Source: Eledone cirrhosa (Eukaryota). From it: DNA of 64,000 nt. How positions within the stretch are numbered: the stretch's first letter is position 1; each line of letters starts with the position of its first letter. Shown piece by piece: positions 41,151 through 55,792 of the stretch. The position numbers were made by a program, and so were the translations under genes. The stretch spans positions 100,316,001 through 100,380,000 of the forward strand of contig OZ024740.1 in NCBI GenBank assembly GCA_964016885.1. The letters run 5' to 3'. The notes beneath the pieces are model-generated. The model saw only the letters and a list, made by a program, of their open reading frames with translations, had not been told where the DNA came from and did not search any database.

Positions 41151-43069
41151 CACCAGCTCCTGCAATTATTTTGAGGTTGATAAAATAAATTACCAGTCCA
41201 AGGTGGTGAATTTGTAGAGTTGCTAAAACATCAGATGTGTTGCCTTGCAGTATTTGTTTGAGTTCTTTTTACACTGTTTAAATTCTGCTTTGGCTTAGTT
41301 GGGTGATAGATGTAACCAATTGCCAAATTTTGACCACCACTAGGTACTTAGTTAATTTTGCTATATCCCGCTCTGCTGCATGATACTGAACTGATGTTTG
41401 GGGATAATTTCATCTTTCATTTCTAACAATCTCAGAAGACGTGAAATATGATCATGGGTCCAACCATCACTTCTTTGACTAAATCAGCAAAATAAAAATG
41501 AGAGAGAGAGAAGACCATTGGTATTTTGGTTGTCTCAGTTTTAATTTCTCAGTGCCCTGGAGTGAACAGGGACTGTGGAAGGTTATCTGCAGGTCAGATG
41601 GTCAACCAGGGTTGTGTTTGGAATCCTCCAAGTACAGAGGAATTAATGTGAATATAATAAATAAGATGAAATATAGACAAAATATGCAGCATAGATGGTA
41701 TGAATAGATATGATCTCTTTGCTGAACCAGATCTTGCAACAGAATTATTTCTTTGATGTATAAAGCTTCTGGGGGAAGCTGTTACACCCATCAACGGTAA
41801 TAAATTACAGGAAGGATGTCATGCCAAATCTGTAGATTGCATTAAGAATAATGCTTACGATTTCTATATCTATGGCCACAGGAGAGAGAACATTTAGTAC
41901 ACTATAACTTATAAAGACATTTACAGTCAACCATAACATGAGACTGTTAAATTATTTGGCAATTTTCTTAATATCAAATGATATCATAATATGGATAGCT
42001 ATAGAAAATGGCTTGAAAATATTTATTAAACGTCTTAGATAAAAAAGCATGATTCAATAAAATGCACCAAGTACACACGGTAGAGTTGCTGATGTTAGAA
42101 AGGGCATCTGGCCATAGAAAATTAGCTTAAAATGCAATCTATGAGCAAACCATAACTGAGTAGCCACATGATCAAATGCATTTTATCAATGTTAATTCTG
42201 TGTTTTCTTCAGAAATATTGCACCTCTTGCTACAATGTATCCTTGATTAAATGATGGGGCATATATTAAGGAATATTTGGCTTCTATTTCTGACAGGTCA
42301 AACAAACATATAAGGCTCCTTCAGTGGTTTATATAGCTCTCACTTTATACCTTAGGTGGTATAATTTACAGCTGTATACAGTAGCAGCATTATGATATCG
42401 ATAAATGATTTATTGATTTGCATCACCATATTAAATTCTTACCATTTACTTTTTCTCATATAACACTATAAAAGAACGAATAAAACATCCTTATGAGGTT
42501 GCTTGACCTACTAGAAATAGCATTCAAATACTCCTCAAATCCCATCTTACTCTCCTAATAAAAAAAAAGCACATTGGATGAACTAGCTTTTGCTAGTGTT
42601 AGACTATTTCCAAATTTAAAACAAAGTGCAAAGGCATGATGGCCATGGCTAGAATGGCATTGATATTAGGTTATGAGGTCTGCTCAATGTCAGAGCAGAC
42701 TTGGAGTTAAAAACCACACAAGAAAATAACAACAGAAAAACTGGAGTTAAACATTGGCCTTCTGAACTCCTGAATCAGAAACAAATTAACTTTCCCCATT
42801 CCTCAAAAGATGATCGATTAAATATTAGGAAGCTTTTTTTTTCCTATTTTTCTTTTTCGTTTTTTTTTTCTCAATATTATAGCTTCTTATTTCTATTTCC
42901 GTTGCATTACAACACACAATATCTAAAATGTGTAGGTATACACACACATACACACACACACACATATATATATATACATGTATATATTCAAAAAGATTTT
43001 ATGAAATCAAACTACCACTCAATGTTTTGGGCACGCAGACATATTATCGAAAACAAAAATTAATGTCCA

Positions 43070-43480
43070 GCAAGCTGTAGTTCTTTCTACTCTCCTATAT
43101 GAATGAGTATCTTGGGAACCTTAGTAATTACATATTAACAAGCTTGATGCGTTTCATAAATGATGTCTTCAGACCATTTGTCAGTACATATTAAATGACA
43201 GAATTTTAAATATTGGTATGTTTTCTAAATGTAAAATTGGTGGCATTGAATACTTCTTTTGCAATCTCAGTTAGGATGGACCAGTCATATTGTCAACATG
43301 AGTGACAAGAGACTTCCAAAAGTCCTCATATATAGCCGGCTCTATGATGGAGAGAGGAATATAGGAAGACCGTGGCTTTGGTACAAGGTCAAAGCTAACA
43401 TAAAAACTATAAAGATTCCTCCAGAAACATTTGAAAAAACTGCTCTGATATATAGAACCAAGATCATTATCACAAATTGA
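43070..43480 (+). mobile_element. Decayed LINE (RTE-like) C-terminal fragment
   Basis: KLDAFH..CL; QLGWTSHIVNMSDKRLPKVLIY..L..GERNIGRP. Confidence 0.7.
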
Positions 43481-44151
43481 GAGCAAAGGCAAAAATATGA
43501 TCTAATATCCCTGTCACTTTGTATAATAGTCCTTCCTAATATTGAATCTGTGGACTAGTCTTCAAATCATTGGCTGGATTAAGATCTCATTCGAGATTTA
43601 AACATCAAAACGAAAAATGGAAACAAAACCCCTAACTAGTGGACTTTCATGTCAAAATCAAAAGGAAAATCTATCACACACACACACATATACATGGACA
43701 TGTGTCCAACCCTTGCTAGCACGGAGAGCAAATGTTAAACGATGATGATGATGACACTATGCAGAAGACCCGGCTTCCAATGGGCACAGACAAAAGCTGA
43801 AGCATGTATATATTATGCACCAGACCACCCACTCCCATACATCTCCCATGAGGACAAGCTGATGTATTCATCCAGTGAAGCCTCCAGCCCACACTGTAAA
43901 GTGGTTGTGATGGTGACAGGATAAAAAGCACCTAGCTCACACTGTAAAGTGATGATGATGGAGACACAGCAAAAAGCACCCAGTACTCACTGTAAATAAG
44001 GTTGGTGCTAGGAACAGCATCCAGGTGTAGAAACCAAGTGGTTCTGTATGAGCAAGACATGATCCCCTGACCTGGCATTCTCACAACAGGATAACTCATC
44101 TAACACAGCATGGAAAATGGACATTAAAGAGTGATGATGATTATGATATAT

Positions 44152-44460
44152 ATCATCATCATCATCATCATTTTACGTCCACTTTTCCCTGCTTGCAAGG
44201 GTGGGACGGGAACTGATTCTGGCTTGATTTCTACAGCTGGATGCCCTTCCTAACACCAACCTCATTTACAGTGAGTGCTGGGTGGTTTTTGCCGTGGCAC
44301 CTCCACGACCACTTTGCAGTGGAATGATAGGGACCCCAATCCCTATCATCTCATTTCTACAGCTGAGTAAACTGGAGCAATGTGAAATAAAGTGTCTTGC
44401 TCAAGGAAACAACACATCACCCGGTCTGAGAATTGAACTCACAACCTTTCGATTGCAAGG

Positions 44461-44465
<5 letters not shown>
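44152..44465 (-). mobile_element. SINE family B
   Basis: Family match; head truncated by (TA)n. Confidence 0.85.
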
Positions 44466-44506
<41 letters not shown>

Positions 44507-44621
44507 TACATACACTAATATATATATATATACATACATACACAAATATATATATATATATATTCATATATATATATATATATATACATACCAATCTATG
44601 TTTATCTCTATCTATCTATCT

Positions 44622-46915
44622 AGGCAACTTCCGGCCCATAACTCTGCTAAACACAGAGTTACAGATTTTGGCCAAGGTGTTGGCAAAGAGGCTGGCGTTT
44701 GTCGTGGAAAACCTGGTGGGAGAAGCACAGACATGCGCAATCCCGACCAGGTCCATACACGACAACCTCCACCTCATGCGATACATCGTAGAGAGGGTAG
44801 GGTGTAAACCCAGCTTCGGTGGGGTCCTGATGAACTTGGATCAGTCTAAGGCTTTCTATAGGGTTGACCATCGTTACCTGGATGCAGTGCTCGAGGCGGC
44901 AGGCTTCGGACCCGTGTTCAGGGGCTGGATTGCTGCAATGCACAGCAGCAATATCTGCTCAAGGGTCAAGGTGAATGGCTACCTCTCAGAGCCGTTCCAT
45001 ATCATNNNNNNNNNNNNNNNNNNNNNNNNNNNNNNNNNNNNNNNNNNNNNNNNNNNNNNNNNNNNNNNNNNNNNNNNNNNNNNNNNNNNNNNNNNNNNNN
45101 NNNNNNNNNNNNNNNNNNNNNNNNNNNNNNNNNNNNNNNNNNNNNNNNNNNNNNNNNNNNNNNNNNNNNNNNNNNNNNNNNNNNNNNNNNNNNNNNNNNN
45201 NNNNNCGTTCCATATCATGCGATCCATCTGACAGAGATGCCCTCTCTCCTCCCTTCTATACGTACTGACGCTCGAGCCACTACTGCAGAAGTTGGAGCTA
45301 TTGCAGAGCATCCCTCTAGAACCGGGACTGCGGAAAGCAGCGTCGGCCTACACTAACGACGTGACTGTAATGGTGTCGAGCACCTCGCAAATCGAAAAAG
45401 TCGGCACCCTACTGAAGGAATACGAAAGTTTCACAGGAGCTAAGCTGAACTGGGACAAGTCCATTGGTTTGCAACTCAGATTGTGGAGAGGCAAACCATT
45501 GCCTTCCGATGGCATCGTCAGACGTTGGACGGAAGGACCGGTGATGCTGCTTGGGGTTTGGTTTGGTCCGGACCTCCAGGTGGAGAAGAACTGGAACGTG
45601 GTGACGGCCAAGGTGTTTGCACTCACTCAGAAGTGGGCCGAGTGCAAACTATCCTTGAAAGGCCGAGCGGAGGTGGCAAACACTTTTATAGCGTCTGTTA
45701 TCTACTACCGCTTGACCATCATGCCTTGTCCAGCCAAAACGCTCACCAAAATGGAGCACGCGCTCTTCCAATTCCTTTGGAAGAAGTGGGCGCCTTTGGT
45801 GAGAAGATCCATCTGCTGTCTGGCTGACGATGCGCAAACACACACTCAGGCTGCGGCACCTCCACATATTCCTTACCGGAAATCCGGTGCGGGCCTCGTT
45901 TATGAGGTGAGCCTTGCCACGACTCGTCTCGCTGACCGAGCTGCAGTCCTGGGTCAAGGAAAAGCCGAGGAAAATGGGCAACTGGCACATCGAATGTGCC
46001 CAGGCGTTCACAGCCCTCTGGCAGGCGGACCTGGCGATCAGTGAAGACTCCACTCCATCATTCTATAGAGGGTTGGTCGGAGAAACTCTAGGCATAGAGG
46101 AAGACGAACTGGCCAGTCTGTTCGGTAGGACCTTCCACTCGGGACCGATGGATAATTTCCAAATGTCCCTGGCCTGGCAGTGCTACCGAGGAACTCAACC
46201 AGTTCGGGACAAGCTCTACAGACATGGGCGCCCGGGCAGGGACCCTTCGAAAATGATCTGTCTGAGATGTGTGCGAGCCGAAGAAAGCATTGCGCACACA
46301 TTTGTACACTGCCCTGGCATTACCAACCTGTGGGGCTATGTAGAATGACTATTGTCGCAGGTGGGACCAATTCGCTTGACCACCGATTCCATCGTCATGA
46401 TCAAACCGCCACCCTCCTTCAAAAACCAAGGAGAGGCGGTTTTCCTTTGTGTGAAAGCTATGGTGAAAGAGGTTGTATCGTGGACGAGGTTAAAAGGGCT
46501 GAGGTCAGACACCTTTCTCTCCGGCCAACAACTGATTCTTTTTTTCAAATACCACTTTAGAAGAAGGATCAAGATGGAGAGAGAGGTGCTGTACCCCAGC
46601 AAGTTTTATGAAAGGTGGGTGAAAGTGGCGAGAATCACCCGAGTGAATGGGCCTTCTCTCTATATCAGCCAGTAGGTTGAGGAAAAAGAGGAGGAGAGGA
46701 AAGGGGTACTCACTCTTCGTACTCCTGGAGATGAGGTTTGCACATTTTTTCAGGGGTATGTGTTATTCATATGTAATGTCTCTCCCTAGTGGGGAAAATC
46801 GATTAATTTTTAAATTGCATTTGTGATAGTATTTTACACATTTTTATTCTATGTAAACTTCCCCCTTTGTATTGTCCCCTTCTTTTGTGCCCCTGTGGCT
46901 AATAAAGAAACATAT
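44622..46915 (+). mobile_element. 5'-truncated Tx1/L1-clade LINE (RT plus C-terminal CCHC), degenerate
   Basis: [56 protein letters not shown] (YADD-like), LSLKGR, C..C..ESIAH.F.HC; AATAAA near 46901. Confidence 0.9.
45006..45205. other. Assembly gap (200 N)
   Basis: N run; the 13-mer CGTTCCATATCAT is duplicated on both sides. Confidence 0.98.
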
Positions 46916-46940
46916 CTTTCTAACCACCACCACTACCACC

Positions 46941-47005
<65 letters not shown>

Positions 47006-48214
47006 TTAACATTCATTTTTACATTTTCCCACATATATATTTGTATGTGTGTAATTCTGCATGCAGGTATGTTTAGACACTCATGTTTACATGTGTCTGT
47101 CTTCTAACCTTATTGTTTAAGTAAGGAAATAAACAGTTTGTAGTTGAGAGAAAATAATCCTCTTGAAAAATTATGCCTAAGGATTTAAGGAAATGATCTT
47201 CTTGTCTACGAATACAATTTTATGATCAATTTACTAAAAATATTTGTTCTAGATTTTGATTTTATACTGTTTTATTTAAAGTCTTTGTTTGTTCCTGGTA
47301 CCAATGTATTTATTTGAAGAAATAAATCTAATCATTCGAAGTGAATTCAGTGTTTAATTTGAAAAGACATGAATGCCAACTTGACTTATACTATAATCAA
47401 TTAAACACCAGCATGGAAATATCATCATCGTTATTATTTTGTGTCCATTTTCCAAGCTGTCTTGGGCCTGAAGTGTCATCATGATCTTAGACAAGATGGA
47501 TTAGATATTTATGTCTTCTTCATATGTTCCATATTTTAGCATGGTTTCTATAACTGGATGCCATTCATAATGTCAACCACTTTATAGTGTTTTATTGGAA
47601 CTAAAATAGAGTGGTTGTCAAATCTTGACAAGACTAAAGTGTCTTCTTTACTATATGTTGTTTGTCATATATCATCGTCATTATCATTATCATCATCATT
47701 TTTCCATGATGGTATGGGTTTGATGAGTATCATAGTGTCTTACTACTCACTATAATCCTTCATCTTCTGACACACACAAGAACAGACAAAAAGAAAATCA
47801 CACTAACTCTCTTAATGAATATATTCATACCATGATATTTTATAGCTAGATGCCAACCTATTTTAATCACTTTACAGAGTGTACTGAGTGAATTTTCCTG
47901 AGTTACCCTTATTAAAGAGGATCTCTTTAACAAAAATAAAAATAAAAATATATTCTTGTGTAACTTCAGTTTAATTAGAAAAGTATGATATTAATGGGGA
48001 AAAGTGAGAGAAGTATCGACACCAGTACTGGACTAGTACTTTGTCTGCCTCAAAATGATAAAAGGCAAAGTTGACATCCACATGATTTGAACTCAGAGTG
48101 TAAAGAGTTAGTATTCTATCCAATGCCAATTTGCTGCGAGATAAATGAAATACCAAATCATGGTTTCTATAATTGTATCTATCTATCTAGGGCGGGTAAA
48201 ATTATATATATATA

Positions 48215-49041
48215 TATTAGGATTGGTTTTCTGAAATAGCGATGTATGCATGAATGTATGTATAGTATATTTGGCAATATACCGTATGTTTAATTAAAAC
48301 CATTTTGAAGACCTTGCGCTATCATTTTTAAAGTAGTGACTATGTCACTTACTTCTTTATTCGGCAAAAGAAGGGAGAGAAGCTGACAGATTCTGCTTCA
48401 TGCTGTTTGCGATCCTCAGATCATTGTACTCCCACTTTTGCCGAAAATTATAGAGGCTGGATTCTTATAGAATTTCAATAATAATCAGGAACTGATTATA
48501 CAGAGCGATTGCTTGTCCAGCAAAAATTAAAAATTAGGATTGGTGTCCTGAAATAGCGATGTATACATGTATGTATAGTATCATCATCATCATCATCACC
48601 AGTTTACGTCCACTTTTCCATGCTTGCATGTTTAATTAAAAACATTTTGAAGACCTTGCGCTATCATTTTTAAAGTAGTGACTATGTCACTTACTTCTTT
48701 ATTCAGCAAAAAAGGGAGAGAAGCTGAAATGTCTTCAAAATGTTTTTAATTAAACATACGGTATATTGCCAAATATATTATACACACATTTATATATATG
48801 TATGAATGTATGTATAGTATATTTGATAATATATTGTATGTTGATTTAAAAGCATTTTGAAGCAAGGGGATAAGCAGTCTTGATAACCGTTAACAAACGA
48901 GAAACAGCTGTCGGTTGCTTCCCTTTATTTTCGCCGAGACAAAGTAAGTGACATAGTCACTTCTTTAAAACTCATAGCGAATGGTCTTTAAAATGTTTTA
49001 AAATAAACATACAGTATATTATCAAATATACTATACATACA
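48215..49041. mobile_element. Rearranged cluster of direct and inverted copies of one short element with hammerhead relics
   Basis: Direct copies at about 48217-48386 and 48535-48727; inverted copies at 48733-48785 and 48942-49041; hammerhead relics at 48381-48422 (-) and 48872-48920 (+). Confidence 0.7.
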
Positions 49042-49078
49042 TATATATATGTATATATATATATACATATAGATAGAT

Positions 49079-49124
<46 letters not shown>

Positions 49125-49126
49125 CA

Positions 49127-49445
49127 GGCACATGGCTTAGTGGTTAGAGCATTGGCCTTGCAATCGAAAGGTTGTGAATTCAATTCTCAGACCGGGTGAT
49201 GTGTTGTTTCCTTGAGCAAGACACTTTATTTCACATTGCTCCAGTTTACTCAGCTGTAGAAATGAGACGATAGGTACTGGGTTCCCTATCATTCCACTGC
49301 AAAGTGGACGTGTAGGCGCCACGGCAAAAAAGCACCCAGCACTCACTGTAAATGAGGTTGGTGTTAGGAAGGGTTTCCAGCTGTAGAAATCAAGCCAGAA
49401 TCAGTTCCCATCCCACCCTTGCAAGCAGGGAAAAGCGGACGAAAA
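49127..49445 (+). mobile_element. SINE family B, full length
   Basis: GGCACATGGCTTAGTGGTTAGAGCATTGGCCTTGCAATCGAAAGG head. Confidence 0.88.
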
Positions 49446-49473
49446 AAAACCCCCAAAAAAACAAAAAAAAACA

Positions 49474-49523
<50 letters not shown>

Positions 49524-49573
49524 GTATATATATATGTATATATATATGTATATATATGTGTATATATATATAT

Positions 49574-49920
49574 GGAGGTTGTGAGTTCAATTCTCAGACT
49601 GGGTGATGTGTTGTTTCCTTGAGAAAGACACTTTATTTCACATTGCTCCAGTTTACTCAGCTGTAGAAATGAGATGATAGGGACTGGGGTCCCTATCATT
49701 CCACTACAAAGTGGTCGTGGAGGTGCCACGGTAAAAAAGCACCCAAGCCAAACTGTAAAGTGGACGTGTAGGTGCCACAGAAAAAAAACTCCCAGCACTC
49801 ACTGTAAATGAGGTTGGTGTTAGGGCATCCAGCTGTAGAAATCAAGCCTTAATCAGTTCCCATCCCACCCTTGCGAGCAGGGAAAAAGCGGACATAAAAT
49901 GATGATGATGATGATGATGA
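49574..49920 (+). mobile_element. SINE family B, head-truncated
   Basis: Family match with (GAT)n tail. Confidence 0.85.
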
Positions 49921-49972
49921 TATATATATATATATATATATTTATATTTTTATATATATATATATATATTTA

Positions 49973-50013
<41 letters not shown>

Positions 50014-50021
50014 TCGGTACA

Positions 50022-50341
50022 AGCTGAAGCTGAAGCATTTAGACAATATGCTCCCACACCCTCCCACTGCAAAGAGGTCGTGGAGGTGCCATGGCAAAAA
50101 AGCACCCAGCCCACACTGTGAAGTGGACATGTAGACGCCACATAAAAAAACACCCAGCACTCACTGTGAATGAGGTTGGTGTTAGGAAGGGCATCCAGCT
50201 GTAGAAATCAAGCCAAAATCAGTTCCTGTATGAGCATGGCATGATCAGCCGACCGGCTACTGCCCACAACAGGACAACCCGTCTAACCCATGCTAGCATG
50301 GAAGAACGGACGTAAAACGGTGGTGGTAATGATGATGATGA
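50022..50341 (+). mobile_element. Isolated 3' UTR of the RTE LINE family
   Basis: Matches the reverse complement of 56593-56895. Confidence 0.85.
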
Positions 50342-50370
50342 TATATATATATAGATAGATAGATATATTG

Positions 50371-50664
50371 TTATACTTTGGGAGGGTCATACTGCCAATA
50401 AAAACACATGCACCTGTTGGTTTTCACTTCAATTTATTATAAAATTTCCGTTTGGTTGGTTAGTTGATTTATATGTTGTCAAAGCTCTTTCGTCAAACAT
50501 TCTGTGACCACCTCAGTGACTGGGTTTTTATTTTGCATCCCTCCTTATATAAACAACCTTCCAGTTATCGGACAAACCAATCAACCAGAAATTTATAATA
50601 AATTGAAGTGAAAACCAAGCGGTGTGTGTGTTTTTATTAGCACCATGACCCTCCCAAAGTATAA
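50371..50664. repeat. Diverged foldback element with hammerhead relic
   Basis: Arms of about 80 bp (TTATACTTTGGGAGGGTCAT); minus 50478-50520 reads gtca-CTGAGGt-ggtca...tgac-GAAA-gagc-TT-tgac. Confidence 0.7.
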
Positions 50665-50952
50665 TATCTGTTTCAACATATGTTTTCAGATAGAAAATCT
50701 TGCAAAATGAATTAAAAAACGAAGCATATATATATATATATATCTTTCATTCTAATTGTTCTTGTCATCACCTGCTTAAAATGAATGGAGATCAATAAAA
50801 TAAGTTAATACTACTAGGCCATACTTTCCAAAAGGCCATACTGTGTGCCATGAATTTACATACATTGAGCTATATTTTGAAAATGTTACATTCAACAGTC
50901 CCATAGTCTATACTGAAACATGTTTATCTTTCATTATCTTTAATACCACAGA

Positions 50953-51140
50953 GGGCGGTGGATTGGCAGTATCGGTAGAGGATCGGACCCCATGCTTTCC
51001 AGCATAGTTACATCCCTTTACGATCTGAGTTCAAATCCCGCCGAGGTTGACTTTGCCTTTCATCCTTACGGGGTTGATAAAATAAAGTACCAGTAATGAA
51101 CAGGATAATTGCTGGCCTTGTGCCTAAAGTAGAAACAATT
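50953..51140 (+). mobile_element. Full-length SINE family A with long TSD
   Basis: TSD ATCTTTAATACCACAGA on both sides. Confidence 0.92.
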
Positions 51141-52919
51141 ATCTTTAATACCACAGAATTTAGTGTTAAATACTGGCTTTAATGAGTCTTATATCCTTTA
51201 CACATCTACATCAAAATTTACATACACTTTTTCATGCTGGCATTGGTGGTCTGGGTCTAGTCCAGCAGTGTCTCACCACTTATTCCAGTCCTTCATCTGA
51301 ATCACACCACATCAGAGAAACTGGTTAATCTTTGCTGTCATGCATTCTTTTGCATTTGTATAGCAGAATACCTTTCCTATCACCAAACATTTTACAGCAG
51401 AGACTAGGTGTATTTCATCATACCATGAGCAGCAGGGAAGGTATCTCTAGTAGAACTAAAATGTCCCTTGTACACTGTATCAGTTTTTATTCAGACTTAC
51501 TACTTTCCTAGATAGGTTTCCTTTACTGCAGTTTACAGTGTCTATGACTCTTGTATTTCTTCTTCAGACTTTTTTTTTTGCTAACACTGGGATTAGTCTT
51601 GTGAAACCCATAACAGATTTCATACTCATCATGGCCTTATTTTTGAGGCAGGGTTTTACAGCTGGATGCTTTTCCCCATGCTCATCCTTTTAGTCACTTT
51701 TTACAACATGCAAGGATGTGGTGAACATATTTCAAATCAGATAGATGCAAGTTCTTGTGTAGAAGGGTAATGAACATATGGGTAAGATATTCAGCTACTA
51801 GCTTTTAGATTTCCCCATATTTTGTTGAACAAACTTTTATATTCCACATTGCCTAACTTCACCTGTTTATCAAGGAATAAGCACCACCAGACCATTTGGG
51901 AATGTCGTTTGAGATATCATTATCTTTGGAACGATTTGACTCCTCCAATTTATGCATAAATTTGGAACTTCATAAAAATTCCACAGGGTCCTATTGAGTG
52001 AGGAATCAGTGGCACTTCACACAAACATTCTTATCTGCTTGAGGAGAATTTGATGCAACTTCTTGTCTCTTTGTAGTGAAGTAAACAATCACTAAATGTT
52101 TTCAGGGATAAAATATATCTCATCTTTATACCTGAAACAATTAAAATCCTAATTATTCTCCAGCAGAAAATAATTGAAAACTAATTTTAAGTTTAAGGAA
52201 AGTTGATTAACTACTCCAATAATTTGTTTTACAATTTTGTTTATGACAATTTGTGTCATACAACATTTCAATTTATTTTTGTTTTAGTTTTTGTCAAAGC
52301 AACCTCTGAGTCAAACATTTAGATAATTTCTCCATAAATTATTTGTTTATTCATTTATGTTTTCTTTACTTCAAGGATGATGAATATTTTTTCAGCAACA
52401 TATGACATATTTTTGAAACATGAGACAGTATTTAAAATTCAGTAATAGAAAATATAACAAAAATAAATTTTCTACAATAATTACCATAAGAATAATTTTT
52501 GACAGTCTAGATATGACATGACATCAATTATTTTACATAAATTCATAAGAAAATGATAAGCCCGCTGCAAATGTGTTTCAATTTGTTAATTTATCTAGTT
52601 TACTGATAACATTTTACTTTAGTTATCTATCTAGGAGTTAATTAGTAAAAACAAAAGGTCACGCAGTGTGTTACTGAAATTCTAAATCGAATCATATTTC
52701 AAAAAAAATTGTGCAGAGTTCTTTTATTACTCAATCAGGAGGGAATGATTGTGCCTATGACTCCTTTGAGGGCCTACAGAACAGGAAGATGTCATTATAC
52801 TTTCAGCCTGGTCTGAATGCTGGTAATGGAGTAGAATCTGGTAATGTCACCCATAGGGTAGATTATGGTGTTAACCTATGTAATTGGGTTTAAGACTACA
52901 AGACAAGGAAGCCGAGTTA

Positions 52920-53040
52920 ATAATTGTTTCTACTTTAGGCACAAGGCCAGCAATTACCCAGTTCATTACTGGTACTTTATTTTATCGACCCCGTAAGGAT
53001 GAAAGGCAAAGTCAACCTCGGCGGGATTTGAACTCAGATC
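52920..53040 (-). mobile_element. SINE family A, partial
   Basis: Reverse-complement match. Confidence 0.8.
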
Positions 53041-53489
53041 GTGTTAATAATAATAGTATCATTGGTTTTAGGTTTTCAAAGTGTTAATTACAGAGTTCCT
53101 TTATGATGGTTGATGAGGGAGACAAATGAGTACCTGAAGACTTGGGAAGAAGTTGTGAAGAATAACCACAAGAAACTGAATCCCATGAAGGAGATGACAC
53201 AGGACAAAGCTGACTGGTGATATTCCATAATCAAAAGATATGTACACCAGTATAAGCATTGCATCAGTAAAAGGAAGCATGTTGAGAGATCGGAGGCTAC
53301 AGAATAGAGATAATATAGGGTTTGAGAGGACACTTTAGTCTGGCCAAGCCTGTGACAACCTCTTTAGTGCTGGTGCCACAGTAGAATGTTCTTATCAACT
53401 CTTTAAAGTGGTAGTGATGGTACCTCATAAAGACATCCAGTACATTCTGTAAAGTGGTTATATTAAGAAGGACATACAACCATAAACCA

Positions 53490-53865
53490 AGAACTGACCA
53501 AGAAACTCACTCAGATGGTGGATGGGTGCTACACGAGAATGCTGAGGATGGATCTGAACATTAATCAGTATACACTGAGGATGAAGAACTCAGAGCTGTA
53601 TGGGAGGCTCCCAAAAGTCAGCTTGAGAGTAGCATAGAGGAAATTGAGGTTAGCTGGACATGCTCACTGACATCCAGAGTTGACACTGCACTCAGTATTC
53701 TTGTGGGTGCCTCTGCATGGACATACTGGAAGAGGAAGACCGAGGTTAACATATGTTGAGGACCTAAGGACAGACACTGGTCTCTTGGAGACACAGGACA
53801 GCGATAACGAGGGACAGAGACAATGGAGAGAACTCCTCCATGAATCTTGGGAATTTTACCCGCCC
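53490..53865 (+). mobile_element. RTE-like LINE 3' fragment
   Basis: VDGCYTRMLRM.LNI; LAGH; LWVPLHG..GRGRPRLTYVE. Confidence 0.75.
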
Positions 53866-55598
53866 TAGATAGATAGATACAACTATAGAAACCATGACAA
53901 ATAGTTAATGTATGATTAAAATTAGGTTGCTCCAATCTGACAGGTCTTGGACTTTGACAAACCGTCCAGCCCACGCAAGTGTGGAAAGTGGACGTATTAT
54001 GTGAGATTTTCTTTTATATTTAACTTCTGTATGCACTTAGACGATTTTGATATCTACAGTAGTATGTTTGATGTGAATTTTAAAATTTGGGGCATGAAGA
54101 GCCCATTGAACCTGAAGTATCCTATGCCCCACCTCCCAAGGTCTAAATCATGTCCTCATAACCAACTGAAGATCATGTCAACTCAGACTGACACCAACAG
54201 GATTGCAAAATCAATTCCATAAACACTGCACAAGATTTCCATAAATCAGTGACTTATTTTTTTAAATATTCCAAAATGACATCTTCTAGTAAATTAAAAG
54301 CATATTTATGGTTTACTTGCAGGCTAATTCTAATTAACTTAGTTGAAGATTTTGTGATATTCAATAAAATCCTGAAGTAGCGCATAGTCTCAATTAAAGG
54401 AAGCGAGTAACATGCACTACTGAAAATAGCATAATCCTCCACTTGTCCTCTAATATGGCAATTATTGTCACTAGTAACCACATGCTAAGGGGACACCACA
54501 TATATTTTGGTTCTTCTGAATACAAAGACATTAAATTCTGTAGCAATAGAAAAAGTTATTTTAAAAGTCATAGAAAGTATTGTGAAACATTTATAGATTT
54601 AAAGCTAAAAAAGAAAAAAAAAGCCTTTGAGTTAAGATATATTTTTGTCACTATCTGTTATTTTGTTCATTTATACTACTAGAAAATTTGTTATATCTAA
54701 ACGAGATCAAAGTACTTTTTCTCACACATTATTCCTCTAGATAGCATTTGTAACAGAAATGTTTCATGATCAATACCATGATGTAGATAGATGCATGCAT
54801 ACATATTCATATCAAAGGATTCTGAGCTTGAACTGTTCTCATTACTTTGTATATTATAATAAATATTTTATTCCAACATTTGCACTTCATCCTTCTTTTA
54901 AAGAGCGATATATTTGCAAGACAGCCAAAATCTTGCTGGCCAAGGGCACCAACGACCCTAGTGCTGGCCCTGTTCCTGAAATTGAACTGGTAGTTAAATG
55001 TTATAACCCAAAACACACACAAGCAAACAAAATGCATTCAATGTCACATTAGATGACAATGATATCACAGTCCAGATTACAGCTACGTTAAATGGAAATA
55101 TTATCACAAGGTTTAAAGTGATTGAAGAAATGTTCCACTTTAGCTAGTAAAGTAATGTTCAATGCGGAATTTAAATGTTTTCAGTCATTATAGCTCTAAG
55201 TTTCCGCTATTTTATATAAATTTACTTCATTTTGTTATTTAAATAAAATATGACATTTTCCTGGATATATAGGTAGGGTATGTCTATCCATTGTCAAAAT
55301 AAATGATCATCTACACAGCCACAATGTCCCTCATGCCTATACAACAGTTTGACGTTGTCTGCCAGCTTGAACTAGTGTGTATCCACAGAAAATATACACG
55401 TTTATGAAAGTTGACATTTTTTTGTTGTTTCGTTGACAGGGGTGGCTGAATGGGTACTATGCCTTGCCAAAGGGTAACCTGTAACTATATAAGGCATGGT
55501 CTTCATTCCGTGAGATATTCAATATCTTTATAATAATAATTATTAACATCATTATTATCATTATTATTATTAATTATTATTATTATTATTAATTATTA

Positions 55599-55792
55599 GG
55601 GCGGTGGATTAGGAGTATCGGTAGAGGGTCGGACACCATGCTTTGCAGCAAAGAGTTACGGCCCTTTATGGTCTGAGTTCAAATCCCGCCGAGGTTAACT
55701 TTGCCTTTCATCCTTATGGGGCCGATAAAATAAAGTACCAGTAATACACTGGAATAATTGCTGGCCTTGTGCCAACAGTAGAAACAATTATT
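55599..55792 (+). mobile_element. Full-length SINE family A
   Basis: GGGCGGTGG start; inserted in (TTA)n. Confidence 0.9.

Noticed and set aside
49127-49200. tRNA gene
   Set aside because: Poor anticodon and acceptor stems; it is the head of the multicopy SINE-B
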